Positions 1 to 9,970 of a DNA stretch of 50,518 nt are shown here, one piece after another. Source of the stretch: Nemertoderma westbladi (lineage: Eukaryota > Animalia > Xenacoelomorpha); assembly GCA_032718475.1 (NCBI GenBank), contig JAUCBJ010002204.1:1-50518 (forward strand), read 5' to 3'. The position numbers and the translations under genes are program-made. The number at the start of each line of letters is the position of its first letter. Position 1 is the first letter of the stretch. The notes under the pieces are model-generated. The model was not told where the DNA came from. It searched no databases and was given only the letters and a program-made list of their open reading frames with translations.

Positions 1-1047
1 TGCCATCAAATCTAAACACCAAAATGAAATTTGTTCAGGGGCTGCGCGCAGGGTTTTTGGGCACGCGGTCTAAAAATTCAACAGGTTTTTAAAAGTGGGT
101 TGGGGTTTATTTGAACCAAGATTCATGAACTCCATTGGGAAATCCCAAAATGGGTAGGAGATAGATAACCAATGGGAAAAGAAAAGGAGATATCAGTTAC
201 ATGAAAATAGCCGGAAAATTTGATATGTATTGTTCTTAAACTTAAAATGCATTTATCTTTGAATTGTATTTTTCACATTTAAAATACTACTACTCAGCCA
301 TTTCTTAACCAATTGTCGAAATTTTTTTTTGTTTCATTTGTTTTCGGCTTTTAATCAAAAATTATAATTTTGAATTGTGCCATATTCATTTCTTGAAATT
401 TGTTAATATGCTGTATAATAAATAATAATTAATATTAGTTAATAATATAAAAAAAAAAATAAAGATCCAAAAAAATGTAACTGATAAGTTTTCTGGAGCC
501 GATGATGCTGATTCAGAAAAACCAAATTTTGCAAATTTTCTCCCAAAATTGGGAGAAAAAAATTGTAGTGTTTTTAGTGAAATTAATAATTTCGCTGGTG
601 GCCGCTAGAGGGCGAGGCAAATTTAAACATTTTTTATTTGAACCCAATCTTTGGCTATATGTTGATCACCCTAAAGGTATAAAATATACAAAACTACCCG
701 CGAACACAAATTATAGCCATCTGGAAAAAGCTCCATAAGGGGGTATACCGTCACACCCCCCCCCCCCCCCCCCCCCCACCTTAGCCTTCAACTCACTCTC
801 CCGACCACGTATGTTCAGCATACTGGCAGCATATGGTATTCCTGAGGAAATTACTGCAGCTATCAGTTCACTGTAAAATGGTTCCACCTCATTTGTGTTT
901 ACTGCTGATGGTGACTCAGATCCATTCGAAGTGTTATAGGGAATCCTGGTATACAGACGTTTCGGCCTAGGACGTTTCGGTCCAGGACATTTCGGCCCGG
1001 AGATTTCGGCCCGGACGATTCGGCCCGGACGTTTCGGCCCATGACTG

Positions 1048-1790
1048 TCTATAACGGGCTATAACGATCTATAACGGGCTATAAATTCCGATAAACAAGC
1101 TATAACCACCTATAACGATCTATAATATGAAAATTTACATTAAAAAAACGCCCATAGGGTGTGTTTAACTTTTGGATTAGCACTGCGGTGTGAAAAATAC
1201 CGCAGGTTAAAAATTAGGGTAGGCCTATGCCTAATTGATAGGCCTACTGCAGTTAGTACTGGTTCGTTTTTTTATTGGCCTATATTGCTCGCTTATTCTA
1301 TATCGACTACAACACAATGCCTATATCAGCATATCGACGTACTGCACTACGAGTTTGGAGTTGGGAGAAACCCGGATCGGAGGAGAACGACAAGCAAACC
1401 AGTTATCAGCCTTACGTTGATGCGCGAATAAACCATGGGACGGGGACTAGACTATGAATTACAGTACTACTATCCCAAAGAATACTACAGCACTGGGGAG
1501 AGGGGGGGGGGGGGGGTACCTGACTAATGAATATATATGCTGACTAATGAAGTAATGACTGATTTCATGATACCAAAAAGATGAAAAGCAGTATGGACGA
1601 AAAAAACCAAATTGCTAATTTACCGACTAGGAAAATAAATCCATGCTAAAATATGTTTTTTTTATTGTAAATTTTCATATTATAGCTCGTTATAGGTGGT
1701 TATAGCTTGTTTATAGAAAATTATAGCCCGTTATAGATCATTATAGCCCGTTATAGATCGTTCTACCTTTTAGTACGTACCACCACAGAT
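1048..1790. mobile_element. Non-autonomous foldback-type element with CTATAAC repeat arms (reversed copy about 27015-27966)
   Basis: 1048-1139 is the reverse complement of about 1667-1757; the arms consist of CTATAACGGG/CTATAACGAT units. Confidence 0.65.
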
Positions 1791-2531
1791 ACCGTTACCG
1801 GTTTGTAATGCTGGTTCTGTAGTCTGACAGCCTGGGCTACATGGTGTACGGTGTAGGCCATGGTACGGTAGGCTGTCAGGCAGGGTCAGTACAGCAGTAC
1901 AATTCGTACTAACAGTTGACAGATAAAATATTCAGGTAAACCTAAAGATATACAGTACAGTAGTTAAAATGACGAGGCGGGAAAAGTTAATATAGAGCAC
2001 GATATACCATACAGTAGTAGAACTAAATAAAAGGACATGGCATATAAAATAAGTAGAACAAATAGGGCATGGTTAAAAGTAAATAAAGGCACGGCGTATT
2101 GGAATAAATTAATTTAAACTTGTGCAAAATCTTAAACTACAGTAGTTACGATAGGTTATTTTAAACATAAAATAAATTAAATTACCGGCACGCCACATTT
2201 TATTAGTTGACAATGAAAAATTAAAAAATTAAAAAAATTTTATTAATAACTTAACCATCTCCAAAGTAAACACAAGAGTACAGTAGATCAGATAGAGTGC
2301 GCACAAGGGATGGTTGTAACTCTTAACAATATAATATAGTTACACAGATAGATCATGGTAAAGAATAATAACTAAAGGGCACAAAATATTTCAAAGTTGA
2401 AAAATAAAAAATTGAAAAGTGAAAACAACGTCTCAAAACTACAGTAGATCCGATTGGGCATGGCAAGAAATAAATCAATAAATATACAAGTGGCCCGCCA
2501 TACTGAATTGCTCTCAATAAGAAATATAATC

Positions 2532-3041
2532 CTACGCGACGCCAGGTATGAGTTTGTTCAGGGGTGGGCGAAATTTACGAATGTAGACCGCCTCCCCATG
2601 TATTCTATCAACGTCTGAGTGGTATTGACGAAAAGCTGTTACACGCAGGTCACCCAACCCGCACTGCAGGAAGTGCTCTGCCAAAAGGATCTCTACGTTA
2701 CGCTGGGACTCGGGGTTGAGTTCCCGTCTGAAATTCCTGATCATCGATCTATGGCCATTCATCCTAAGGTGTAAGGGCTGCTCTGTCTGGCCAATATAGA
2801 AAAGGTTCTGATGGTTGCTACAAGTGATGAAATATAGGATGTTAGCAGATAGACACGAGAAGGATCCTCTAATCACCTCACCCCACGGGGTAGTTCTCAC
2901 ATCACACAAAATTGAACATGTGAGACACCTAGTTGACTCACAGCTTACATTACCTCTCCACGATGGAACTTCCCTCTTACGGACCAAGAGGTTCCCCAGG
3001 TTCGGGGTAGACTTATTTGCTACGATGCAATCAATTGACAT
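2532..3041 (-). CDS. Penelope-like GIY-YIG endonuclease (C-terminal part of a 5'-truncated PLE), 169 aa
   Basis: PNLGNLLV, C...RC.TC, FSC...NILYFITC, FYIGQT...L..RMNGH, LAEHF, E..YI..F.P.LN. An upstream frameshifted VFTYH resembles the PLE linker. Confidence 0.85.
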   Translation of the reverse strand: MSIDCIVANKSTPNLGNLLVRKREVPSWRGNVSCESTRCLTCSILCDVRTTPWGEVIRGSFSCLSANILYFITCSNHQNLFYIGQTEQPLHLRMNGHRSMIRNFRRELNPESQRNVEILLAEHFLQCGLGDLRVTAFRQYHSDVDRIHGEAVYIRKFRPPLNKLIPGVA

Positions 3042-3232
3042 CTCACTTAGTACGGGCTTGTGGTGCCGCAGGACTGGTGTAACAATAGAGTCAAAATACA
3101 GTACCGGGTTAATGATAGGTAAACACGGTTATTTAGTGTATTTCTGTAATTTTCTTACGTATTCAGCTATTCCATGTAGGCCTACTCCATTTGATTATTT
3201 AGTCTGTAATGTGATTTCATATTGTTAATTAT

Positions 3233-3272
3233 TTACTTGAGAATGGGCCTAGGAGCTCGAAATCGATCGTAA
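3233..3272 (+). ncRNA. Minimal type I hammerhead ribozyme variant (U3-A8), Penelope-associated
   Basis: TTAC-TTGAGAA-T-GGGC ctagga GCTC-GAAA-TCGA-TC-GTAA. Stem I TTAC/GTAA, stem II GGGC/GCTC, palindromic stem III ATCGAT. Confidence 0.65.
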
Positions 3273-3365
3273 CAAACTCTTTATTTTATAAGTTTATAGG
3301 GAATTTAGATCATAACCAAACTTGGTACACATGTGCTGCATGAACCCTTTCATGTTTTGTGTAGG

Positions 3366-3370
3366 GGCAT
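3366..3370. repeat. 5-bp target-site duplication GGCAT (partner at 21977-21981)
   Basis: GGCAT lies immediately outside both LTRs and occurs once in the empty-site paralogues. Confidence 0.95.
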
Positions 3371-4542
3371 TGTTCGCGCTTTTGAAGACCTTTAGCAGTT
3401 TAACCTGCCAAAATTTATATGTCTTTTAGTTAATTAACAGACCTTTAGCATACGACAATATTTTATGCTAATAAACAAAACATTAGCCGAAGCCAGCCCA
3501 TGCGCGACCATTCACCCGTTGGATATACCCGGGAGGCTGAATTCGGATGCTTAGATTTTATTATTGCAGTGTAAGATTGCAGTGTAAGCCTACTGTATTA
3601 TTCGATTGATCGCTAATATATAATTTCTGACAGATATTATTCACTTTCGGGAAATATTAACAGTTCCTTTAGGACGTGGCGCTCTATCTATTTAAACAGA
3701 TCTAGGACTTATACTAAACGCAACGATAAGGCTTATGATTAAAGTATAAGGCGCATTCTTTAGGAAATGCTTTGTTACCAGTCACAATCATGCACACTAT
3801 TCTGCCGACCGTCAGTAAATTTGATCACACATAAAGAGAACAGCAATTGACTCATGTAGTGTCTACTAAATAACATTAGATTCAATATACACCACATTGA
3901 TATAAATCGCAATTGTTATATGTAGCCTGTCTCTCTAACCTGTAGTGTATCAAGAAAATTGGGAAATTTGGGTGATTTATCAATATTCTCCAAAGGACAA
4001 TATTTCATCAACAAAATCGATACAATTAATAACTGACTGTAAATAGCAGTACAAACAATATGATTAGTAAGTAAAGTCCGCCGTAAGTTAAGACAAGGTA
4101 ACAGTTATACTTTCTATAATCTAAGCAGTCTGAAACATGAGTTCTTCCAAAAGCCGATGTTCTGGCAAAAAATGGGAACACAACAACAGAATCATGTGAC
4201 ATGACTCTATGCAAGGATACCAGCTACCCTTATTCCACAAAGCTCCCACCCAACACAGAGAATGAGCATAAAGATAGGAAAATTCAGTTCAGTAGACTTG
4301 TGATAGGTCGAAATCAAAACTAACTCAAATCCTATTGGCAGATACAGAGGCAGGGCTATGAGGCAACCTTCCTAAGCTGGTTGGCCGATCAAACGGAGCC
4401 CAGATCCCTTCGTACAGCAAATCAGCCAATCAGCCGGTAGCTTGCACGATTCGAGCTAGCAATCCCCTTTAGAGTATTCCAGCGCTTGGGGGGAACTTGT
4501 TAGCAAGGCAAACGAATCAGTTATCCCACAAAAGCTTTTACA
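3371..4542 (-). repeat. 3' LTR (1172 bp)
   Basis: TGTTCGCG...CTTTTACA. Matches 20805-21976 with two substitutions noticed by eye. Minus-strand AATAAA at 3557-3562. Confidence 0.97.
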
Positions 4543-4550
4543 CCGCTCCC
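4543..4550 (-). other. Polypurine tract
   Basis: Minus-strand GGGAGCGG directly precedes the TG of the 3' LTR. Confidence 0.75.
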
Positions 4551-4620
4551 AGAAAATGGGATTTAAGTCTATAAAATATACAAAATCACAGTTTCTAAAA
4601 TATAAAAATACTCTAAACAG

Positions 4621-7600
4621 TTAGTCTTTCTTGCGCGGACGGCGTTTACGCAGTTTTTTAAAGCTAGCAAGAGTCTTTTTCTCTTTGGGGCGAGCCACTT
4701 TGCAAGGAGGGCTATAACTCCTGGGTGAAGGGTGCAATATGATTGCATCAGAAGGTATGGGATTACGATCGGTATATCCGCCGGTCGAAGTGCCGGGTTG
4801 GTTGACTTCAACTTCGGTGGGGAGGGGTCTAATGACCTTTAGAGCGCGTTTTAAGACGGCCGCTCTTACGGGTCCTTTAAGAGTCGTCTGAACGAGAGCC
4901 GTGGGTGGACCATAGGCAGTCAGAAACTTCCTTGGTTTAATGGTTCTTTCCAACTCGCGTTCGCGGGCTTGGTACTCGTAAGGCCGTCGATATACTTCCT
5001 GTAACTCGGGGTGTGAGTTGACAAATAAGTCTCCATAGTCAGGGTCTTGATGGATAAAGTTTATTAAGTTGTAAGAATGGATGTCACTAGGATTAATGCT
5101 CCTGAGAAATTTGCGTACATATTTGGTTGAAATACATTCTCCGACGCGCTTCAGTAGTTCGTAACTTGATATGCGTGATTTCTGCTCGACGGAGGCAAAT
5201 AAATAAGGATGGAACGCATAAACTCCTTCGTAAGCGCGTCCAGGGTAATAGCGATGGCGTGAATCACAATGCAAATCAGCGTTCGCTTCCCAAGCTCTGA
5301 TATAACGTAGTACAATCATTTCATCTACGCTCTCTAAATCATGATTAAAGGGACAATCAAAGCTGGCGTGTCCTTTTAATTGACAATGGTGGCATTGAGT
5401 CATAAATTGGGGGCAGACAGCAAAAATGTGCAAATTATTAAGCCGGCAATATGCACAATAGATTTCCATCGACGGTTGCTCGTGGAAATAGGAACAGAGA
5501 TCGTTTGTGTCCATAGACGTAATATGGTCTCTCGATGCGCACAGCCGACAACGTTGTCGAGAAACATAATTGGCATGGCGATAATCATACGCAGTGAGAC
5601 ACTGTGGACCTTGATACCATTCCAAAATGTAGTCGCTGTCGCTACTCGGAGGCGTGGGAGGCTGAATCTCTTCGGATTCTAAGCATATTGGTTCGTCTTC
5701 TCCTTGTATAGTTGAGGTAGGCATGGCTGTCTCTTCAAGTGGACCTACCGTCTGAATTTCCACGACAGAATAACCTGTGGGGATTCGAGGTCTTTGGATA
5801 ACAGAGGAGTGCAGGTTTATTACACAAATGTCTTTGAAAATAGCAAATCCAGCGCTATCTAACTTCTCCGCAGCTGAGTCTCTTAAGCTGAGCTTGGTCA
5901 AAGCGCGGTCTTTGAATTGGCTATCCACATTGCGAAACGGGGTTAAAAATCGCCGGAAACATTCAAAGCGGATGAATTTATTATGTTCATCTAGCTTAGC
6001 GAGTTTGGTCCCAAGTATTAATGGATGGGCGCGTATAGTACGACTGCACACATCGGCTAGCCAACCGGAAAGTGCGGTGTTTTCAAAGATCGTGTAGATA
6101 GCTAAGGAGGGGCGGAGTGGAACACTCATGAAGCTATACACGGCGCCAGGTGCGGTCAACGGTCCGTCAAAGTATAATCGAGAATAATGGTCTCCGTATA
6201 CTTGTTGATAGTTGATGGGATTTCCGACCTTGAAATTCCATCCGTATTCCTGAAAAGCAAGATGTCCGATGGAAGTTCGTTGCACCTTTGTAATGTTGCT
6301 AGACGCATTAGCATACATGGTGCGAAAGAAACCTCGGCCTTCGGCCCAAGGAGCTATCAGCTGAGTATCCACGAAAGGATAGGGGATATTTTCCATATTC
6401 GGAAAGTCGTTTTGGAGATCTCCATAAACAGCTGAGCCGATTTTAATGATTCTTTCGTTGAACAACATCTCGAGAACGGGCTGGGGTAACATCGATCCAT
6501 CGATACCCATGGCCGGTTTGCGTTCGGTGTCAATGACGTAACGCTGAGCGAGCTCGAATTGTCCATGTCGGAGATTCTTTTGCGTTTCGGTGAGAGTTTC
6601 AAAGGAATAATCGATCACGTCGGAACACGCTCGCGTAAACACGTGGGTGGAACCAGCTAATCCGCGTATGTGTATCATGCGCGTAGTTCCTAATTCTCCG
6701 ATCGGAACACTACCTTCGTTATCGTAAGTAACATCTCCATACATCTCAATGACATTAAGAGTTTCATTCCACTCTTTGGTGGCGTTCTCGAGGGTCATCC
6801 CTACTGGATGCCACAATGTGGCGCATTGATTAGCGTCAGGGAGATCACTATACTTCATGTATCGAGTGGTATACGTCTCCACATTTCCATATCTTTGTAT
6901 TTTCTCCTCCTCGAATAATACGTCTAGATTCCAATGGACTAATCGAGTTTTAATAAATCCATCAAGATTATAAGGAGGTTCTGTATCCTTCTCTATTCGA
7001 GAAACGTTATATGGTTTTCGGAATGAGTTTACCTTTACTAACTGATCCAGATGTTTTTGCAATTGTTCGAGTTCGACAATGTCTAGAGGATTTATTAGTG
7101 GTAGAAACTTTAAATTATGCGTCGGGTCTTCTGGTTTTACCATATAATATTGAGTCAGATTAACGTAATAAGGGTGGTCTTTAATTCCATAAAAAGAGTT
7201 CTGTAAAGGTCTAGCGCGTATGTTGACATCGTGTACCATACGACGGACAAGATCCGCTCGATTGTCCGGAGGTTCAACGAGTATACCGTCAACGCGAGCG
7301 GCCTCGATTGGCGGACGCTGTAACATAGGAGCGTCAGCAATAAGATTTTGCGATCTTATGCTAATATCAACCGGTTGGGGTTGTATCTTTGCGAAGAGTT
7401 TGTCTCCGAAATGCGGAACCATCGAGGGATGACGGACGGTTTTAGAGTAGAGATCGGTTATGAGTATCTGAGCTTCGGGTTGGGCTAAAGCGGCTTCTTC
7501 TCTCTCATCCATTTCCGTATGTTTCTCCTCGAGTTGATTTTCCTCCGCTTGTTTCTGTAAGCGTTCTTCTAGAAACTCCTGTAGAGAATACGTACGTCCA

Positions 7601-8043
7601 AGCTCGATGTCCTCCTCGAGGTTTTGGATTTCTCTATCAAACTGCGGCAAGGCTAACTCTTTCACCGATTGGACTTGCTGCTGTAATTTACATTTCTCTA
7701 GACAATCCTGTGTTCCCTTTCCGATTTTCTGTCGGATGGCATCTAAAGCATTTCTTATAACGCTCTCCTCGACTTCCGTGGCAGGTTGTATCGGGGTTAA
7801 TCCTGGCCGATTGTAAGGATTAAATGGCGATGTTAGATGCCCGCGTCCCAATCCGGCTAAATAGGATGGTCGAATATCTAACGAACCCACTGCTGGAGCA
7901 CCACCGATTAACTGCTCGGGTAACACCAAATCTTTGAACAGTGAATATAGCTCGGGAGGATCAGTGATACTGTTAGGATCAAGAGTTTGAGGTCTCACTG
8001 AGGAATGAGGAGGCCTGACCGAGTATTCCGGAACTCTGATCAT
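4621..8043 (-). CDS. Accessory ORF4 (1140 aa): coiled coil + DnaQ-like 3'-5' exonuclease domain + zinc-knuckle cluster + basic tail
   Basis: ExoI-like VTYDNEG (D441/E443); ExoII-like LP..VLEMLFNERIIKIGSAVYGDL (D542) then FVD; ExoIII-like LAIYTIFEN (Y650/E654). CRLC, CAYC and CHHCQLKGHASFDC knuckles at aa 832-897. C-terminal KKLRKRRPRKKD. Confidence 0.8.
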   Translation of the reverse strand: MIRVPEYSVRPPHSSVRPQTLDPNSITDPPELYSLFKDLVLPEQLIGGAPAVGSLDIRPSYLAGLGRGHLTSPFNPYNRPGLTPIQPATEVEESVIRNALDAIRQKIGKGTQDCLEKCKLQQQVQSVKELALPQFDREIQNLEEDIELGRTYSLQEFLEERLQKQAEENQLEEKHTEMDEREEAALAQPEAQILITDLYSKTVRHPSMVPHFGDKLFAKIQPQPVDISIRSQNLIADAPMLQRPPIEAARVDGILVEPPDNRADLVRRMVHDVNIRARPLQNSFYGIKDHPYYVNLTQYYMVKPEDPTHNLKFLPLINPLDIVELEQLQKHLDQLVKVNSFRKPYNVSRIEKDTEPPYNLDGFIKTRLVHWNLDVLFEEEKIQRYGNVETYTTRYMKYSDLPDANQCATLWHPVGMTLENATKEWNETLNVIEMYGDVTYDNEGSVPIGELGTTRMIHIRGLAGSTHVFTRACSDVIDYSFETLTETQKNLRHGQFELAQRYVIDTERKPAMGIDGSMLPQPVLEMLFNERIIKIGSAVYGDLQNDFPNMENIPYPFVDTQLIAPWAEGRGFFRTMYANASSNITKVQRTSIGHLAFQEYGWNFKVGNPINYQQVYGDHYSRLYFDGPLTAPGAVYSFMSVPLRPSLAIYTIFENTALSGWLADVCSRTIRAHPLILGTKLAKLDEHNKFIRFECFRRFLTPFRNVDSQFKDRALTKLSLRDSAAEKLDSAGFAIFKDICVINLHSSVIQRPRIPTGYSVVEIQTVGPLEETAMPTSTIQGEDEPICLESEEIQPPTPPSSDSDYILEWYQGPQCLTAYDYRHANYVSRQRCRLCASRDHITSMDTNDLCSYFHEQPSMEIYCAYCRLNNLHIFAVCPQFMTQCHHCQLKGHASFDCPFNHDLESVDEMIVLRYIRAWEANADLHCDSRHRYYPGRAYEGVYAFHPYLFASVEQKSRISSYELLKRVGECISTKYVRKFLRSINPSDIHSYNLINFIHQDPDYGDLFVNSHPELQEVYRRPYEYQARERELERTIKPRKFLTAYGPPTALVQTTLKGPVRAAVLKRALKVIRPLPTEVEVNQPGTSTGGYTDRNPIPSDAIILHPSPRSYSPPCKVARPKEKKTLASFKKLRKRRPRKKD

Positions 8044-8058
8044 GGGTTTATTTAGCGA

Positions 8059-8874
8059 TCATTTGAGACGGGCGATCGTAGGTGATACGTCGAACAGGTT
8101 TCGCTCGAAACTCCCGTAAGTATAACGCGTAAAACTGTGTTTAGCACAACGTCTCCGCGGATGTTTATGTCTTTCCGTTTGCTGGTTAGGTCTAGGGCAT
8201 GCGTCACAATAATACCAAAGACGTACGTCCTGTAGAGGAAACGCGGGTGATCGTTCTCCAGTTTTGCAATACTCTTCCATTTGTTCAAAGCTGTCCGGGA
8301 CAACAGGCAGTGGACGATCTGCGGTAAGATACATCATGGTGAAATAAAGTCGTTTGAGTTCTACCATGGGATCATGATGTATACCTTGAGGATATCTAGT
8401 CTCTAGGTTCTGTTGACTGGCAATATTGAGATAGGTTTCTCTCAAAAATTCCAAGTAGTCGTTGAAGTTGATGCGCTTATCGGGTTCTTCAACGTTCTCT
8501 CTGTCGAGTAGGTTGCGAATAGAGTTCTCGTGTTCTATTCTCGGTTTATCATTACGATTCCGCTGGGCATGATATTTAAATAAAACCATTTCCCTTTCGG
8601 TGTCTACATCGTCCGTATCATGTAAATCGGTAGGATGGCCAGTAGTTAAGAAGTCCATATACGTACCATTACGATTCGTATAGCGAGCGGTGAATTTTCT
8701 ATAGTCCAATTCACGCGTAAGTTGTTCCTGGGACATAGGCGGTTCGATATAACGACCATCGTCCTCCGTAATAGTCGGATCGGCTTCACCGCGTATCAAG
8801 CTATCCACAAACGCTTGTAAAGGTAAGGTATATCTCTCTCTAATACCAAGGTCATCTTCTATTAATTCCGTCAT
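8059..8874 (-). CDS. Accessory ORF3 (271 aa), function unknown; C-terminal Cys/His cluster
   Basis: Open frame inside the element in sense orientation, after a 1.6-kb AT-rich spacer. YYCDAC...HKH....CAKH is a possible Zn site. In frame with ORF4. Confidence 0.75.
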   Translation of the reverse strand: MTELIEDDLGIRERYTLPLQAFVDSLIRGEADPTITEDDGRYIEPPMSQEQLTRELDYRKFTARYTNRNGTYMDFLTTGHPTDLHDTDDVDTEREMVLFKYHAQRNRNDKPRIEHENSIRNLLDRENVEEPDKRINFNDYLEFLRETYLNIASQQNLETRYPQGIHHDPMVELKRLYFTMMYLTADRPLPVVPDSFEQMEEYCKTGERSPAFPLQDVRLWYYCDACPRPNQQTERHKHPRRRCAKHSFTRYTYGSFERNLFDVSPTIARLK

Positions 8875-8916
8875 ATCTGCTATCTGAGTTTATTAATATT
8901 AGTATGAGTCAATATT

Positions 8917-9067
8917 TAGGCAAGCGGGCGTCGCTGCCTACTAGTCTTTGCCCCCGGACAGTGGGTTTCTCAGCGCCGATGTACCGTTGTCGCGGTGTTT
9001 ACGCCAACATGTAGCAACAGCACGACAACGATAATCGGCACAAGTCCCACCACTGTCCGTCCCAAAG
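8917..9067 (-). promoter_or_regulatory. Structured RNA element: long imperfect hairpin plus short hairpin upstream of ORF3
   Basis: Nested inverted pairs CTTTG/CAAAG, CGGACAGTGG/CCACTGTCCG, GCCGAT/ATCGGC and CGTTGTCG/CGACAACG (8946-9067). A second hairpin TAGGCA..TGCCTA spans 8917-8940. Confidence 0.7.
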
Positions 9068-9679
9068 GCTTGAATCCACTTGAGGTTATCTCGGTAGAGT
9101 TAGGGCTACTTTACAATTGCGATTAGCTACTGTAAACACACTTTAGTAGTAACATTCACCTATAAACGCACAAATTCCATACAATCATTACTTACTGCAC
9201 ACATGCAGGCCATTTGTCCGTTAGTCAGTATCTTCCAGAATGTCACGTTATTACTATGTATCCTTGGATACTAATAGTGCGCTATGTATCCTCTTATGCT
9301 ACGCAATGGGGCAAGCCTTTTATTGTTCTTTTAACTTGCTTCTAATTCTAGCGTGGTGTTGCTATGGTGACATTATGGAAAACTAGCGGTAGAATTAGGG
9401 TAATTCTCATGCATACAGATCTGGGATGCTATTTAATAGTAATTCTTTAATTGCCAATATCCTCTTTATGCATGATTTTATTAATTTTATCGGCTATTGA
9501 CTATATGTTGGAGATTCTCGCACTCTGACACATTCAATGGGATAAATCTCCACTCCCGTGATCTATTAATTAATGGAATTTTGGGAATGTTAAAAATTGC
9601 ATAAAATGACAATTTATTAAATTCATTTAAAATATGAATTTCAATTTATTCCCGTGAATTTTATTATTTGGTGGTAAAT

Positions 9680-9970
9680 TTTATTCCAGAACAAGTCTGG
9701 GGACATAGGATCCTTAATTCTATGAAAATTGTCTTTTAAGAGTATCGGTAAGTGCTACGATATCTTAATCGACTAGAATATTTTAAAGGATCTAAGTTTT
9801 ACAGATTTTAATAAATATTAAATTAATACTTAAGATGGGCACCGATTTATTCCAGAGCTTGTCTGGGGACGTTAACCACTGATTCTAGAATTTGTCTTTC
9901 AAGTATATCGGTGGGTGCCACGATATCTTAATCGACTAGAATTACAGATGGTCAAAAGATTTAACAGATT
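9680..9970. repeat. Two diverged ~125-bp direct repeats in the pol-ORF3 spacer
   Basis: TTTATTCCAGA..GTCTGGGGAC...TATCGGT...ACGATATCTTAATCGACTAGAAT at about 9680 and 9846. Confidence 0.8.

Larger units (their letters stand above)
1..3355 (+). repeat. Left arm of a large inverted duplication (partner 25461-29011)
   Basis: Reverse-complement match throughout with few indels; identical ORFs 502-738/28274-28510 and 2532-3041/25764-26273. Confidence 0.95.

Noticed and set aside
502-738. 78-aa ORF repeated at 28274 and 35320
   Set aside because: It lies in a non-coding repeat, has no recognisable motif, and is conserved only because of recent duplication.
955-1042. GACGTTTCGGCC 14-15-bp array resembling a CRISPR or iteron array
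   Set aside because: It has no unique spacers and no cas genes, sits in a eukaryotic context, and is the subterminal repeat of a TIR element whose other end is at 23817.
2815-3228. 137-aa ORF antisense to GIY-YIG, and the many plus-strand ORFs antisense to gag, pol, ORF4 and the ZNF arrays
   Set aside because: These are shadow frames of real coding or repeated sequence with no independent motifs.
4621-8874. Accessory ORFs as an envelope gene
   Set aside because: No signal peptide, transmembrane helix or fusion-protein Cys pattern is apparent. The motifs point to a nuclease and zinc knuckles.
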